NCBI GenBank assembly: GCA_950097015.1
Contig: CATNEN010000041.1
Span: 2,976,001 to 3,040,000 of the forward strand
Direction of reading: 5' to 3'
Length of the DNA stretch: 64,000 bases
Source: Macrostomum hystrix
Taxonomy: Eukaryota; Animalia; Platyhelminthes
Shown: piece by piece, positions 32,573 through 44,214 of the stretch
How positions within the stretch are numbered: the first letter of the stretch is position 1
Layout: the number at the start of each line of letters is the position of its first letter
The notes under the pieces: model-generated
What the model was told of the DNA's origin: nothing
What the model saw: the letters and a program-made list of their open reading frames with translations, nothing else
The model's database searches: none
Made by a program: the position numbers and the translations under genes

Positions 32573-34189
32573 ATGACAGCGGGCTGTCTGCGTCAGTTTG
32601 CCAGCGGCACGAGCCTGCGCGGCTTCAGCCGCCTGGTGCGGCCCGACCAGCACCCCTTCCTGCGGCTTCTGTGGGCTGCCTTCGTGCTCAGCATGCTCTG
32701 CCTGCTAGGCGTCAACGCTTGCTACCTGGTCAGCGAGTACTTCGAGTACCACGTTAGCCTGCAGACCGACCAGCTGGCCAACGCGGCCTCCGGGTTCCCA
32801 AGCATCACTGTGTGCTCCCACCAACCCTTCTCGCCTCGCGCCGCCCAGCTCTGGGCCAGCGGCCGGATCCTCAGCCCCGCTGACTTCTCCCGCCGAGTGC
32901 GCACCGCCGTCAGCAGTTTGACGGCCAGCGGCCGCACCCTTGACGCCGCCGACATGTTCCAGAACGACCGAGTGTTCACCTACTTCCAGAACCTGTCGCC
33001 GGCGCAGGCCCGCCAACTCGGCCATCGCTTCGACGACCTGCTGCTTTTGTGCGTGATGCGCCACAGCCGCAACACCAATCCCTCCGTGGCGCATGAGGAG
33101 GAGTGCCGCTTCCGCGTGCGCCGCATTCTGCATCCGCTCTACTTCAGCCGCTACAAGCTGCAGGTCAGCGAGGACCCGGCCTACGTCAGCAGCGTCTCCA
33201 TGGTGATAACCGCTGGTGGCTTCAACGCCAGCGCCGCGGATGACTCGGGTCCTAAGCAGGCCTACAACCTGTTCCACGAAGCGGTCGGCCTGGCCATTGT
33301 GCTGCACGAGCCCGGAACCTACCCCAACATTGACTTCGAGCAGTTCACCGTGCTGCCCGGCACGGCAAGCACCATCCGCTACCGGCCAGAGCGCTACATC
33401 AAGTTCTGCAGTCCCAAGACTGACTGCATGTACGCCAGCGAGCTGCCGGCCGCGCCGCGCATCAGCCAGGACGGCGAGACATTGTTCAACTACACCTACG
33501 AAGCCTGCATCGCCCAGAGCATCAGCCGCTTCATCGCGCACCACTGCAACTGCACATCCGCCTTCCACCTGAGCCCGCGCCCTCACGACCCGCTACTGCT
33601 GCCCTACTGCATCCGCCTGGATCTTGCCGGCCCCGACAGTCTGCTGGCCAGGACCGCCTGCGCCAGGAATATCAGCCTGGACCGCGTCTACTCCGAGCAG
33701 CGCTCCGGCAGCGGCGCCACCAGCGAGGCCGGCGGCGGTGGCATCGAGCAGCCGTGCCACAGGTGTTGCCTGCACTGGCGCTACTCAGTGGAGCAGTCCA
33801 ACTGCGGCTGGCGTCTTGGCGCCACCCAGATGGCGCAGCTCAGACTCCGGCAGCCCGGGGCCAAACAGGATGAGCAAGTCGCCCCCGGGGATCTGGCACT
33901 AGTAACGGTTGCCAGGGCGACCTACATGACGCTGGAGCACAGCGAGAAGCCCGTGATCACGCTTAGCGCCTTGCTGAGCCGCCTCGGCGGGGTCGGAAGT
34001 CTCACCCTGGGCGTCACCCTCACCGTGGACTTCGAGCTGGTGGAGCTGGCCTTCCTGCAGCTGCTGCGGAGGCTGCCGGCTGCCCTCCTCCGCGGTACTA
34101 GCGCCGCCGCCGCCAATGACGACTCGCTGCCGCTGAGACAGCCGGCGTCTGCTGCGGACGGAGAAGCCAGGGGCAACTACTGCGCTTGA
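32573..34189 (+). CDS. DEG/ENaC (amiloride-sensitive sodium channel family) subunit, intronless, 538 aa
   Basis: N-terminal F..GTSLRG, TM1 (LLWAAFVLSMLCLLGV), post-TM1 FPSITVCSHQPF, Cys-rich thumb (YTYEACIAQ...CNC...PYC) and a TM2-like LLSRLGGVGSLTLGVTLTVDFELVE. Confidence 0.9.
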   Translation: MTAGCLRQFASGTSLRGFSRLVRPDQHPFLRLLWAAFVLSMLCLLGVNACYLVSEYFEYHVSLQTDQLANAASGFPSITVCSHQPFSPRAAQLWASGRILSPADFSRRVRTAVSSLTASGRTLDAADMFQNDRVFTYFQNLSPAQARQLGHRFDDLLLLCVMRHSRNTNPSVAHEEECRFRVRRILHPLYFSRYKLQVSEDPAYVSSVSMVITAGGFNASAADDSGPKQAYNLFHEAVGLAIVLHEPGTYPNIDFEQFTVLPGTASTIRYRPERYIKFCSPKTDCMYASELPAAPRISQDGETLFNYTYEACIAQSISRFIAHHCNCTSAFHLSPRPHDPLLLPYCIRLDLAGPDSLLARTACARNISLDRVYSEQRSGSGATSEAGGGGIEQPCHRCCLHWRYSVEQSNCGWRLGATQMAQLRLRQPGAKQDEQVAPGDLALVTVARATYMTLEHSEKPVITLSALLSRLGGVGSLTLGVTLTVDFELVELAFLQLLRRLPAALLRGTSAAAANDDSLPLRQPASAADGEARGNYCA

Positions 34190-34311
34190 TGGCTTCGAGG
34201 CAAAACGGCACTGACGGCTGACGGCCACCTGCGGAACTGAACTGAGAGAGCCAGTGGAATTACCTTGCAAGCTTTATGCGACTCAGCTCACTCGCTGTGC
34301 AGATCGGAGGA

Positions 34312-35185
34312 GAACGGGAAGATCCAGTGGTAGATGAGGGAGCATTGGGGGAAGGTACAGTGGTAGATGAGGGAGCATTGGGGGGAAGGTACAGTGGTAG
34401 ATGAGGGAGCATTGGGGAGGAAGGTACAGTGGTAGATGAGGGAGCATTGGGGGGAAGATCCAGTGGTAGATGAGGGAGCATTGGGGGGGGAAGGTACAGT
34501 GGTAGATGAGGGAGCCTTGGGGGAAGGTACAGTGGTAGATGAGGGAGCACTAGGGGGGAAGATCCAGTGGTAGATGATGGAGCATTGGGGGGAAGATCCA
34601 GTGGTAGATAATGGAGCATTGGGGGGAAGGTACAGTGGTAGATGAGGGAGCATTGGGGGGAAGATCCAGTGGTAGATGAGGGAGCATTGGGGGACAGGTA
34701 CAGTGGTAGATGATGGAGCATTGGGGGAAGATACAGTGGTAGATGATGGAGCATTGGGGGAAGATCCAGTGGTAGATAATGGAGCATTGGGGGGAAGGTA
34801 CAGTGGTAGATGAGGGAGCATTGGGGGGAAGATCCAGTGGTAGATGAGGGAGCATTGGGGGATAGGTACAGTGGTAGATGATGGAGCATTGGGGGAAGAT
34901 ACAGTGGTAAATGATGGAGCATTGGGGGAAGATACAGTGGTAGATGATGGAGCATTGGGGGAAGATACAGTGGTAGATGATGGAGCATTGGGGGAAGATC
35001 CAGTGGTAGATGATGGAGCATTGGGGGAAGATACAGTGGTAGATGAGGGAGCATTGGGGGGAAGGTACAGTGGTAGATGAGGGAGCATTGGGGGGAAGGT
35101 ACAGTGGTAGATGAGGGAGCATTGGGGGGAAGGTACAGTGGTAGATGAGGGAGCATTGGAGGGAAGGTACAGTGGTAGATGATAG
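34312..35185. repeat. 33-34-bp purine-rich minisatellite
   Basis: About 26 units of GGAAGGTACAGTGGTAGATGAGGGAGCATTGGGG. Confidence 0.95.
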
Positions 35186-37845
35186 AGCATGTGCAGAAAG
35201 GGGCTGTTTCCATGTCAAATTGCCGCTGACTGAGCTCGCGGACTTCAAGAAATCTGATGCCTGATTTCCCCTGATGTCATTTTCCAGCACCAGGAAATCG
35301 AAGCACCGACATCCGTCAGTCAAGCAGAATTGCCTCAGTCGAGCTTGTTTCCGTTGCTTTACAATAAAATTGCGCCTCGAGTGGCTGCTCTATTTTCCCC
35401 AACTGTCGGGCCAGGAAATTTGTTCCAGTTTACTTTAAAGTTGAGATGCACCTGGAGATCTGACGCCTCTGCAGTGCGTCTCCGGGATCTGAGCTCAATA
35501 GCTTTGAGGGTCATTTACTTTGAAAGTACTTTAACACATTCCAGCCCTTTGCTTTACTCCCGAGGGTTTAAAGATTTGCCCTCGGTGCTCTTGAGGCCTT
35601 GATCTGTCAGGCCAGTTTGCTGCTGCTGCTGCTGCTGCTCCCACTGACCTACTGGCCAATCTGCAGCAAATGTCAGGGGAGCTTTCCTGACACAGGAGTA
35701 GGCCGATAGAATTCGCCGTATTTCACAGGGTTCGCATCAATTAGAAGTGCATTTCCTGACACCGACTACAGGGAATCCCATGGTCCACTTAAAAAATATT
35801 TGATAGCTTTCTCTGTTGCGAGTATGATCGATGACAAAGCAATCGAAAAGCTAATTTGAGAACATCAGGTGGGTTCTTGTGGGTTCTGCGCATCGGAATT
35901 GGGGTCCTAGAAGTTGAGGGCACCCAACCTGAAAATCGAGAGAGAGGGCCGCTCGCTGCATCAAACATTCAAACATTATCCGTGCCATTGTTATAGGTTA
36001 GAAAGAAGCTTTAATTATATCATGCGCTTCCTTACGGCACCTTAAGGCAAATAATGACAGGCATAAGCAAGCAGCAGAAACTGAAAAGACTCGAAGAAAA
36101 TTTGAACCCTGCATGAACTCCCACTCATCAGTCTCTGTAGAAAAATAATATAGAAATGTTGCCTTTCGGTCCGGAGAGAAATTGTATACGAATATTATAT
36201 AATACTCATGCAATCAATCATGTACGGAGTTAGATCTGAAACCAATACTTGCATGCGCTTTTGCGCTTTTGCATTTGCGCTTCTGTGTAGAGTTTTAAAG
36301 CTAAAATGGTTTAAAATAGAGTTTGTTGCACGGAACAGTACCATGCACGTACTCGTATGACATCGATCCGCAACCGTTTCTTAAAACTTATATTTCGAAT
36401 GTCAAAAAAATGCATGAAGAGCGTGCTGCCAGAAAGATCGCGAAATATACGTTTGTAATATATATTGTCTTTTTTCTGGAGGCGTCTAGGGAACCTTGCG
36501 ACGCTGCTTTAAGCCACTTCGGCGAAGCGTACTCGTTTTGACTTTGTGTTAACATTTGCCAACAACTAACAGCCTCTTCAATAATTATCACACGAGATTC
36601 AGTGAAATTAGTGGCACCGTAAGTGTAATTTTTCTAAAACTATCCTTCTCAGTAGTTTGATTTTTAATTATGTTTAAAATTGCTGTACGCAGTTTTCACG
36701 AGTACGAAGCTGTATAATCAAACTTTATTTGTGCTTTGCTTTACCGGTTTACTTTACGGATGTCTCGTCAATAAAACAAAATGTAGCTAACATAATGTTT
36801 TTTTCTTGATAGCAAGCCGATTAATTAAAGAATTATGGAAGTGTAAGGTGTGTGATTCTTTAAAGTTTATTTCTTTTCTGATTTTTTCTAAAATGTGTAT
36901 AATGTTTATTTTTAGTTCTGAAAATGAATAAGTTTTAAAAACTGTCGTAATAAGTATGAGCTGGTAGGTATAGGGTAGGTATAAGTATAGTGGTAGGTGG
37001 TAGGCCTGCTTGTCAGGTATTTCTTACAGTAGATAACTTGCTTCAACATTTACTTAATCGGAATATATTTTCTTGCTAATCATACTTAGAAGACAAGTGA
37101 ATTAAAAACGCATTGCGCATTCTGCATTAAGAAAGCTGAATCAACTTCAAATTCATTCATTCTTGAATAAATCAAAGATAGTCTTTGATTAAATAAATAA
37201 GTCTTTGATATCTTCTTAAAAAACACAATAGAGACCAATGGTATTCTTAAGTGGAATAATCTAATTTGGCAAATCTTGGGCTAATGCACTTTCTCTGATG
37301 CATATGAAAGTACTTAAAAATACTTAACTTAATAAAAAAATATGTTATAACTTATTCAGCTTTAATATTCGATTTTGTTTAGAACTCAATAAGAAACCTG
37401 ATCTTATATACAAAAATAATATTTAATCTACTTAAATTTAGTCAAATTCAAAACATTCTAGTTAATTATAATGAATTTTAAGGAAAAAAACTGTAAGAGT
37501 GAACTTAAAATAAAATTGTTTTGTATTGTTAACATGCTGCACAGGTTATGTCAATAAAAAGGTCTTATGCATCATTCAAAATACTAGGAAATAGCTCTCT
37601 TTAGTGTATTTTTTCAAATGGAATAATGATATACAGAAATAGTTTTATGTCATTAAAATATAACAATTTGAACCTTCAGGACATCACATTTTTATAACTT
37701 GAAAAAGTATGTTTTTGTTAAAAGGACCTTGCATTTATTAGTAATATCCAGACAAAAGAAAATACCACTAAATCTTATCTCAGCAGCATCCCAAGATGGG
37801 TCCTGTCTGAAGCTCTGGAACCCAGTTCTCAAAGCCCACACTGCA

Positions 37846-40800
37846 ATGGGCAACAAGCTGAGCAGCGAGGAAAATGGTGGCTCATTCCAGGGCCATCGTC
37901 AGTCCTCTTTTCGGCGACTCCGCCGCTGGGCCTCCGGGCTCAGTCTTCGTTCCTCTGGAGCTGGCGGTGGTGCTGGCGCCAATGGTGCCTCAGGCAGCGG
38001 AGCCCGCACACCCACGGAGCCACCAAGTGCGGAGGCCCAGCAGGGCATGGCGCAGAAGTGGAACCGAGAGAGCCGCAAGCGCATCCACCGGTCAACCCTG
38101 TTCGACCCGTTCGGGAGCTCCAAGACAAAGTGGCCTGTGCCCTTCATCGAGTCGCTGTTCCTGCCCGACTTTCAGATTCGCGCTGGGCCAGAGGAGATGG
38201 ACGGCCTGGAAGTGCTCGACGTGATCGCGGCCGGCTCGTTTGGAAATGTGCTCAAGGTGCGCGGGGATGACGACAAGAAAATCTACGCACTGAAGGTGAG
38301 CCGCCCTGCCCGATGTGGCCACCGACAGCCACAATCTCCAGGCCCTGATCGAGATCTGAAGGCCATAAGGACTGTAGAACAGGCTTCCCTCCCCGCCCTG
38401 TCCGCACAGGTGATGGACAAGGACAGTAGAACAGGCTTCCCTCCCCGCCCTGTCCGCACAGGTGATGGACAAGGACAGTAGAACAGGCTTCCCTCCCCGC
38501 CCTGTCCGCACAGGTGATGGACAAGGACAGTAGAACAGGCTTCCCTCCCCGCCCGGTCCGCACAGGTGATAGACAAGGCGCGGGTGCTGCAGCACGGTCA
38601 TGCCGTGGTCCAGCAGTGCAAGGATGAGGTGAGCGCCCAACTGTCGATGGGCCGCAGCAGCTTCGTTGCCAGCCTCCTTGGCCACTGGCAGAGCAGGAAG
38701 CGGCTGTACCTGCTTCTGGAGTACTTCCCCAACGGGGAGCTATTCGCGCTATGGAAGCTGCACGGTCAGTTCTCGGAGTCGCTCAGCCGGCTGTACATTG
38801 CGGAGTTGGCCTGCGCCATAGACTATCTGCACTCGCAGGGCGTGGTGTTCCGCGACCTCAAGCTGGAGAATGTGGTGCTCGATGCCCAGGGTCACCTGGT
38901 GCTCATCGATTTCGGCCTGTGCAAGTGGCTGCGCCGCGGCCAGAGCACGCTCACCATCTGCGGCACCCTGGTCTACGCAGGTGCGTGCCGAGCTTTTTGG
39001 CTTGGTTTCCATAGAAACGGGCAGTACAGACTCGCTAAAAGTGTTAGTACAGGCGCCAAATCCGAATGACAAAGTCAGTTATTTTTCCCCTTCAGCCCCC
39101 GAGATGCTGCTGGGTCAGCCCTACGATCACAGCGTGGACTGGTGGTCGCTGGGGATCCTGTTCTATGCGCTGGTGGTCGGCAAAGTGAGTCCCGCTGCTC
39201 CGCACTTTTGTAACGGACTTTGTCATTTGCTACGCTTCTGTACCCCATCTGTTCGCATCTTTCACTCTCATCTGTTCGCATCTTTCACTCTCATCTGTTC
39301 GCATCTTTCACTCTCATCTGTTCGCATCTTTCACTCTCATCTGTTCGCATCTTTCACTCTCATCTGTTCGCATCTTTCACACTCATCTGTTCGCATCTTT
39401 CACTCTCATCTGTTCGCATCTTTCACTCTCATCTGTTCGCATCTTTCACTCTCATCTGTTCGCATCTTTCACTCTCATCTGTTCGCATCTTTCACTCTCA
39501 TCTGTTCGCATCTTTCACTCTCATCTGTTCGCATCTTTCACTCTCCTACCTGTCCGTCCCGCAGTTCCCTCTGCACGGCGCCCGCACCCATCGGCAGATG
39601 GCGGCGTGGGTCCGCCGGCACGAGTACGAGGCGCCGGGCAGCCTAAGCTGGGAGTGCCGCTGCACCCTGGAGCGCCTGCTGCAGAAGTCCCCGGCCAGGC
39701 GGCTCGCCTCGCTGCCGGCTCTGCGCGCCTCACCGTTCTTCAAGAACCGCATCAGCTTCGACATGGTGCAGATTTGAAGATCTCTGCTTCTGCTTGCCTA
39801 CTTTGCAGCAGTTTACCTGCTTTTGCAGTTTGCCCTGCTAGTCAAGTTTCCATCAGGTTCCCCTGCTAGTGCAGTTTCCATCAGGTTCCCCTGCTAGTGT
39901 AGTTTCCATCAGGTTCCCCTGCTAGTGCAGTTTCCATCAGGTTCCCCTGCTAGTGCAGTTTCCATCAGGTTCCCCTGCTAGTGCAGTTTCCATCAGGTTC
40001 CCCTGCTAGTGCAGTTTTCAGCAGTTTTCCTGCTAGTGCAGTTTCCATCAGGTTCCCCTGCTAGTGCAGTTTCCATCAGGTTCCCCTGCTAGTGCAGTTT
40101 TCAGCAGTTTTCCTGCTAGTGCAGTTTCCATCAGGTTCCCCTGCTAGTGCAGTTTCCATCAGGTTCCCCTGCTAGTGCAGTTTTCAGCAGTTTTCCTGCT
40201 AGTGCAGTTTCCATCAGGTTCCACTGCTAGTGCAGTTTCCATCAGGTTCCCCTGCTAGTGCAGTTTTCAGCAGTTTTCCTGCTAGTGCAGTTTCCATCAG
40301 GTTCCACTGCTAGTGCAGTTTTCAGCAGTTTTCCTGCTAGTGCAGTTTCCATCAGGTTCCCCTGCTAGTGCAGTTTCCATCAGGTTCCCCTGCTAGTGCA
40401 GTTTCCATCAGGTTCCACTGCTAGTGCAGTTTCCATCAGGTTCCCCTGCTAGTGCAGTTTCCATCAGGTTCCCCTGCTAGTGCAGTTTTCAGCAGTTTTC
40501 CTGCTAGTGCAGTTTTCATCAGGTTCCACTGCTAGTGCAGTTTTCAGCAGTTTTCCTGCTAGTGCAGTTTCCATCAGGTTCCCCTGCTAGTGCAGTTTCC
40601 ATCAGGTTCCCCTGCTAGTGCAGTTTCCATCAGGTTCCACTGCTAGTGCAGTTTCCATCAGGTTCCCCTGCTAGTGCAGTTTCCATCAGGTTCCCCTGCT
40701 AGTGCAGTTTTCAGCAGTTTTCCTGCTAGTGCAGTTTTCAGCAGTTTTCCTGCTAGTGCAGTTTCCATCAGGTTCCACTGCTAGTGCAGTTTCCATCAGG

Positions 40801-41195
40801 TTCCCCTGCTAGTGCAGTTTCCATCAGGTTCCCCTGCTAGTGCAGTTTCCATCAGCTTCCCCTGCTAGTGCAGTTTCCATCAGCTTCCCCTGCTAGTGCA
40901 GTTTCCAGCAGTTCTGCCAGTCGCTCAAACCAGCCAGTTTCTCCCGTACGCTCAGGTGCAGTCGCGGGCACTGGACCCGGCCTCCTTCCACACGCAGCTG
41001 GACCTGAGCGGCCGACCGGAGGACGCGGACCAGAAGCGTCTCACGCAGCTGCGGCCGCCCGAGTTCGACCCGGACGATGCCGTTAGCCGCCTCATTGACG
41101 AGTCCTTCCTGTCAGACGGGCCGCCGCCGCCACCGCAGGCAGACGGGCTGATCTCAGCTGCAGGCGGGGCAGCGGGTCCCAGCCGTTGCATCTGA
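37846..41195 (+). CDS. RSKR: Ribosomal protein S6 kinase-related AGC kinase (RSKR/SGK494-like), 5 exons, 464 aa
   Basis: Exons 37846-38295, 38566-38980, 39096-39184, 39565-39765 and 40956-41195 total 1395 nt. Pre-kinase WPVPFIESLFLP, AAGSFGNVLKV, YALK, FRDLKLEN, DFG, CGTLVYAAPE, DWWSLG. Confidence 0.85.
38374..38579. repeat. 52-bp repeat x4 containing the full 3' splice site of kinase exon 2
   Basis: GTAGAACAGGCTTCCCTCCCCGCCCTGTCCGCACAG|GTGATGGACAAGG starting at 38374, 38426, 38478 and 38530. Confidence 0.95.
39245..39545. repeat. 23-bp pyrimidine-rich minisatellite in kinase intron 3
   Basis: About 13 units of TCTCATCTGTTCGCATCTTTCAC. Confidence 0.95.
39830..40910. repeat. 27-28-bp minisatellite in kinase intron 4
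   Basis: CCTGCTAGTGCAGTTTCCATCAGGTTCC interleaved with CCTGCTAGTGCAGTTTTCAGCAGTTTT. Confidence 0.95.
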
Positions 41196-42441
41196 CGGAG
41201 CCCGTGAGAGCCTGCTGAGCCCTCAGTGTTTCAAAGCTCATTTCACTCCCAGATGGGCCACGCACTGCCAGCAGTAGTATGCTACGCAAATAACAAAACC
41301 TTGCCGCTGAGCAATGTAGTCAGCCAACTTCACTGAGCAGTCGAATTATTAGCCAAGCCATCTGCATTCCTATGCGCCTGTCATGTATTTGTCATGCGCC
41401 TGTCATGTATTTGTCATGCGCCTGTCATGTATTTGTCAATACTTTTTCGTGTCTTTCGACGGTTTTCCTTCACCCGAGCTGCAACAGTTTCCATGGATAT
41501 TCAAGAATTGCTTTCTGCTTTCACTGGCTGCCCTATTTGTCCCAATGGACCTTGCGGTGCCTAATCTGCCGCTCAGCAATAGCCAGGCGCTCATGTCTGG
41601 CCTTTGTTTTGCTGAACGAGTCCATGGCAACGGTTACCATGGTCGTTAGGTGCCTGTGGAAATATTTTTGAAAATTAGGAGTTTTATTTACAGTTCATTA
41701 TTTTTGTACTGATTTTTTATAACGCATTCCAAAAGCACTGCTGCTGCTGCAGTGTGGCAGCCCTGAACTTTAGGCAGCAAAGCCAGTACCTGCGTCACAC
41801 ACAATGCCACTGGAACTATTGAGGGAGCACAGAATCATGTTGTGTACATTGCCTACCGCCTTCCTCCCTCCGCCATAAAATTTATCGATTGACTTGTCAG
41901 AGCAATTATCGATTTTCCTGATTCTGCTTTCTGACTATTTTTGCTACAACTGAGGTGTTTGGAGGCTGCCTTGGCACAGGTAAATGCAAGTATAAACTGC
42001 AGCACTGCTGATTTCTGTCAACAGTGCATAATTTGCTAGTGTAACGCAGGTGAAAATTTGCACAGCTACTCAAGCACTACTAAGGCCACCGCTTGTTTTC
42101 CTTTCTTCACTGCTCGGTGTTGCGATTTTTTATCAGAAATTGAGACCGTCGAGTCTTATCTGTGAAGACTGCTCACTGGGTCTCAAATCTGTTGTCAATG
42201 GGGACTGGAATTCGATAGCCACACAAAGGCCAATGTGTGCGATCTCAGTACTCTGGCGCTGTGCGTTGTCATGGCAACAGCAGCTTATCTAATCAGATCG
42301 ATGGCGCACGTTCGAAACAGTTTTTCGCGGCTTTAAATGATTCGGCACCCCGGGCCACGACCTGGCTAATCCGAGCTGCTCGCCTACAACACTTGCGACT
42401 CATCAGCCTACTCACAGTAGTGTGTACCTGCATAGTAAAGC

Positions 42442-43681
42442 ATGACTAAACTGGCCTTTCTGAACCTGCTGGCTGTGGCTCTGTGCTGCCTCGCCTGCTG
42501 CTCGACTGCCGATCAAGGAAGTAAGTTCCCTGACTGCCTCCTGACTGCCCCCTGACTGTCCGCTGACTGCTCCCTGACTGCCCCCTGACTGCCCTCTGAC
42601 TGCCTCCTGACTGCCCCCTGACTGCCCCCTGACTGCCCCCTGACTGTCCGCTGACTGTCCGCTGACTGCCCCCTGACTGCCTCCTGACTGCCCCCTGACT
42701 GTCCGCTGACTGCTCCCTGACTGCCCTCTGACTGCCTCCTGACTGCCCCCTGACTGCTCCCTGACTGCCCCCTGACTGTCCGCTGACTGCTCCCTGACTG
42801 CCCCGGCCCTGACTGCCCCGGCCCTGACTGCCCCCTGACTGCCCCAGCTTTGAGCACATGGAGCAATATAAAACTCGCAGGACCGAGCGAAAAGTTCTCA
42901 TACGTCGGCTGCTTCGGAGATACCTCACGGCGTGACCTGGCTAACTACGTGGCACATAGCCGCATGTCCATCGAGTACTGCTACAGGCAGTGCGACCACC
43001 TGCGCTACAGGTACTTCGGCCTCCAGAGCGGCCATCAGTGCTTCTGCGGCAACACCTACGGACTCTACGGTCAGAAGAGCGAGCGGGAGTGCAACATTCG
43101 ATGCAACGGCAATCGGGATGAATTCTGCGGCGGCCCCTGGCGCAACTGCATCTACAAGATCCATGTTGTGAGTCCTGCGCGGCATTGAGTGACTGAGGGA
43201 TTGACTGAGTTACTGTGATTGGCTGCCTTCTTCAGCTAGTGAATGAGGGTGTGACTGAGCTGTTCTGATTGGCTGCCTGCTTCAGCTAGTGAATGAGGGT
43301 GTGACTGAGCTGTTCTGATTGGCTGCCTGCTTCAGCTAGTAAATGAGGGTGTGACTGAGCTGTTGTGATTGGCTGCCTGCTTCAGCTAGTGAATGAGGGT
43401 GTGACTGAGCTGTTGTGATTGGCTGCCTGCTTCAGCTAGTGAATGAGGGTGTGACTGAGCTGTTGTGATTGGCTGCCTGCTTCAGCTAGTGAATGAGGGT
43501 GTGACTGAGCTGTTGTGCGAGAACTTTTCTGCTATTGACTCCGGGAGTCACTAATATGCTGTGATTGGCAGGAGAATAGGCGGGAGAATAAGATGCTCAG
43601 TACATCTCAAAGCACACCTGTGAATTCAGCGCTGTGAAAAGCCGTAATTTTTAATTGCAGAGCGGCGGCTGGCGGAAGTGA
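42442..43681 (+). CDS. Small secreted WSC-domain protein, paralog 1, 3 exons, 128 aa
   Basis: Exons 42442-42520 (signal peptide), 42881-43167 (YVGCF...MSIEYC...C...YFGLQSGHQCFCG...C..RC.G....CGG) and 43661-43681 (SGGWRK*). Phases are consistent. Confidence 0.9.
42529..42847. repeat. 11-bp minisatellite (CTGACTGCCCC) in WSC-1 intron 1
   Basis: About 28 degenerate units. Confidence 0.92.
43217..43517. repeat. 50-bp tandem repeat x6 in WSC-1 intron 2
   Basis: Unit GATTGGCTGCCTGCTTCAGCTAGTGAATGAGGGTGTGACTGAGCTGTTGT. Confidence 0.92.
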
Positions 43682-44214
43682 TCTCATCCCGTGGCAATCG
43701 GCAGCTTCAGGGAGGCCAGCCCAGACAAAGCTTGTTTCCTAGAATAATTTTAGCCCGCTAATTTTGAGTTAGACTCAATTGCTGAGCCAATCAGGAACGG
43801 CCTTTAAAAGAATCGAAGCTTTGCTAATTTTCTTAACCTAAAGTATTTATTCAAATACAAAAAATAGAACATATTAGATCCACAATCTGTGCTGAAATGA
43901 AAAATGAAATTAGTTATTGTTTTTTTACGAATTTAGCGGCTTGATATATTTAGCGGACAGTGCCTCCACAGATTTTGCACTGCATTTTATTTCTCAAAGT
44001 GTGCAATAAACTTATCTTTATTGTTTAATGAATTTTGTGACAGCAGAAACACAAGCCAGCAACAAATTTCAGATTTATTTGTCAAATCGAATCTACAACA
44101 ATCCAATGATCTCACAACCTTGCTCAGTGCCTTCTCCGGGCACTGCAACACAGGCAGTGCGGAGCTCTCAGACCAGTTGAGCAGATTCCACAAAGGAGTT
44201 TCAGGAATTCGACT

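Noticed and set aside
34260-35323. Pro-rich ORFs on the minus strand
   Set aside because: Derived from the 33-34 bp repeat, with frame-shifting unit-length variation.
35998-37700. Short ORFs in AT-rich DNA upstream of the kinase
   Set aside because: Under 75 aa, non-coding composition and no motifs.
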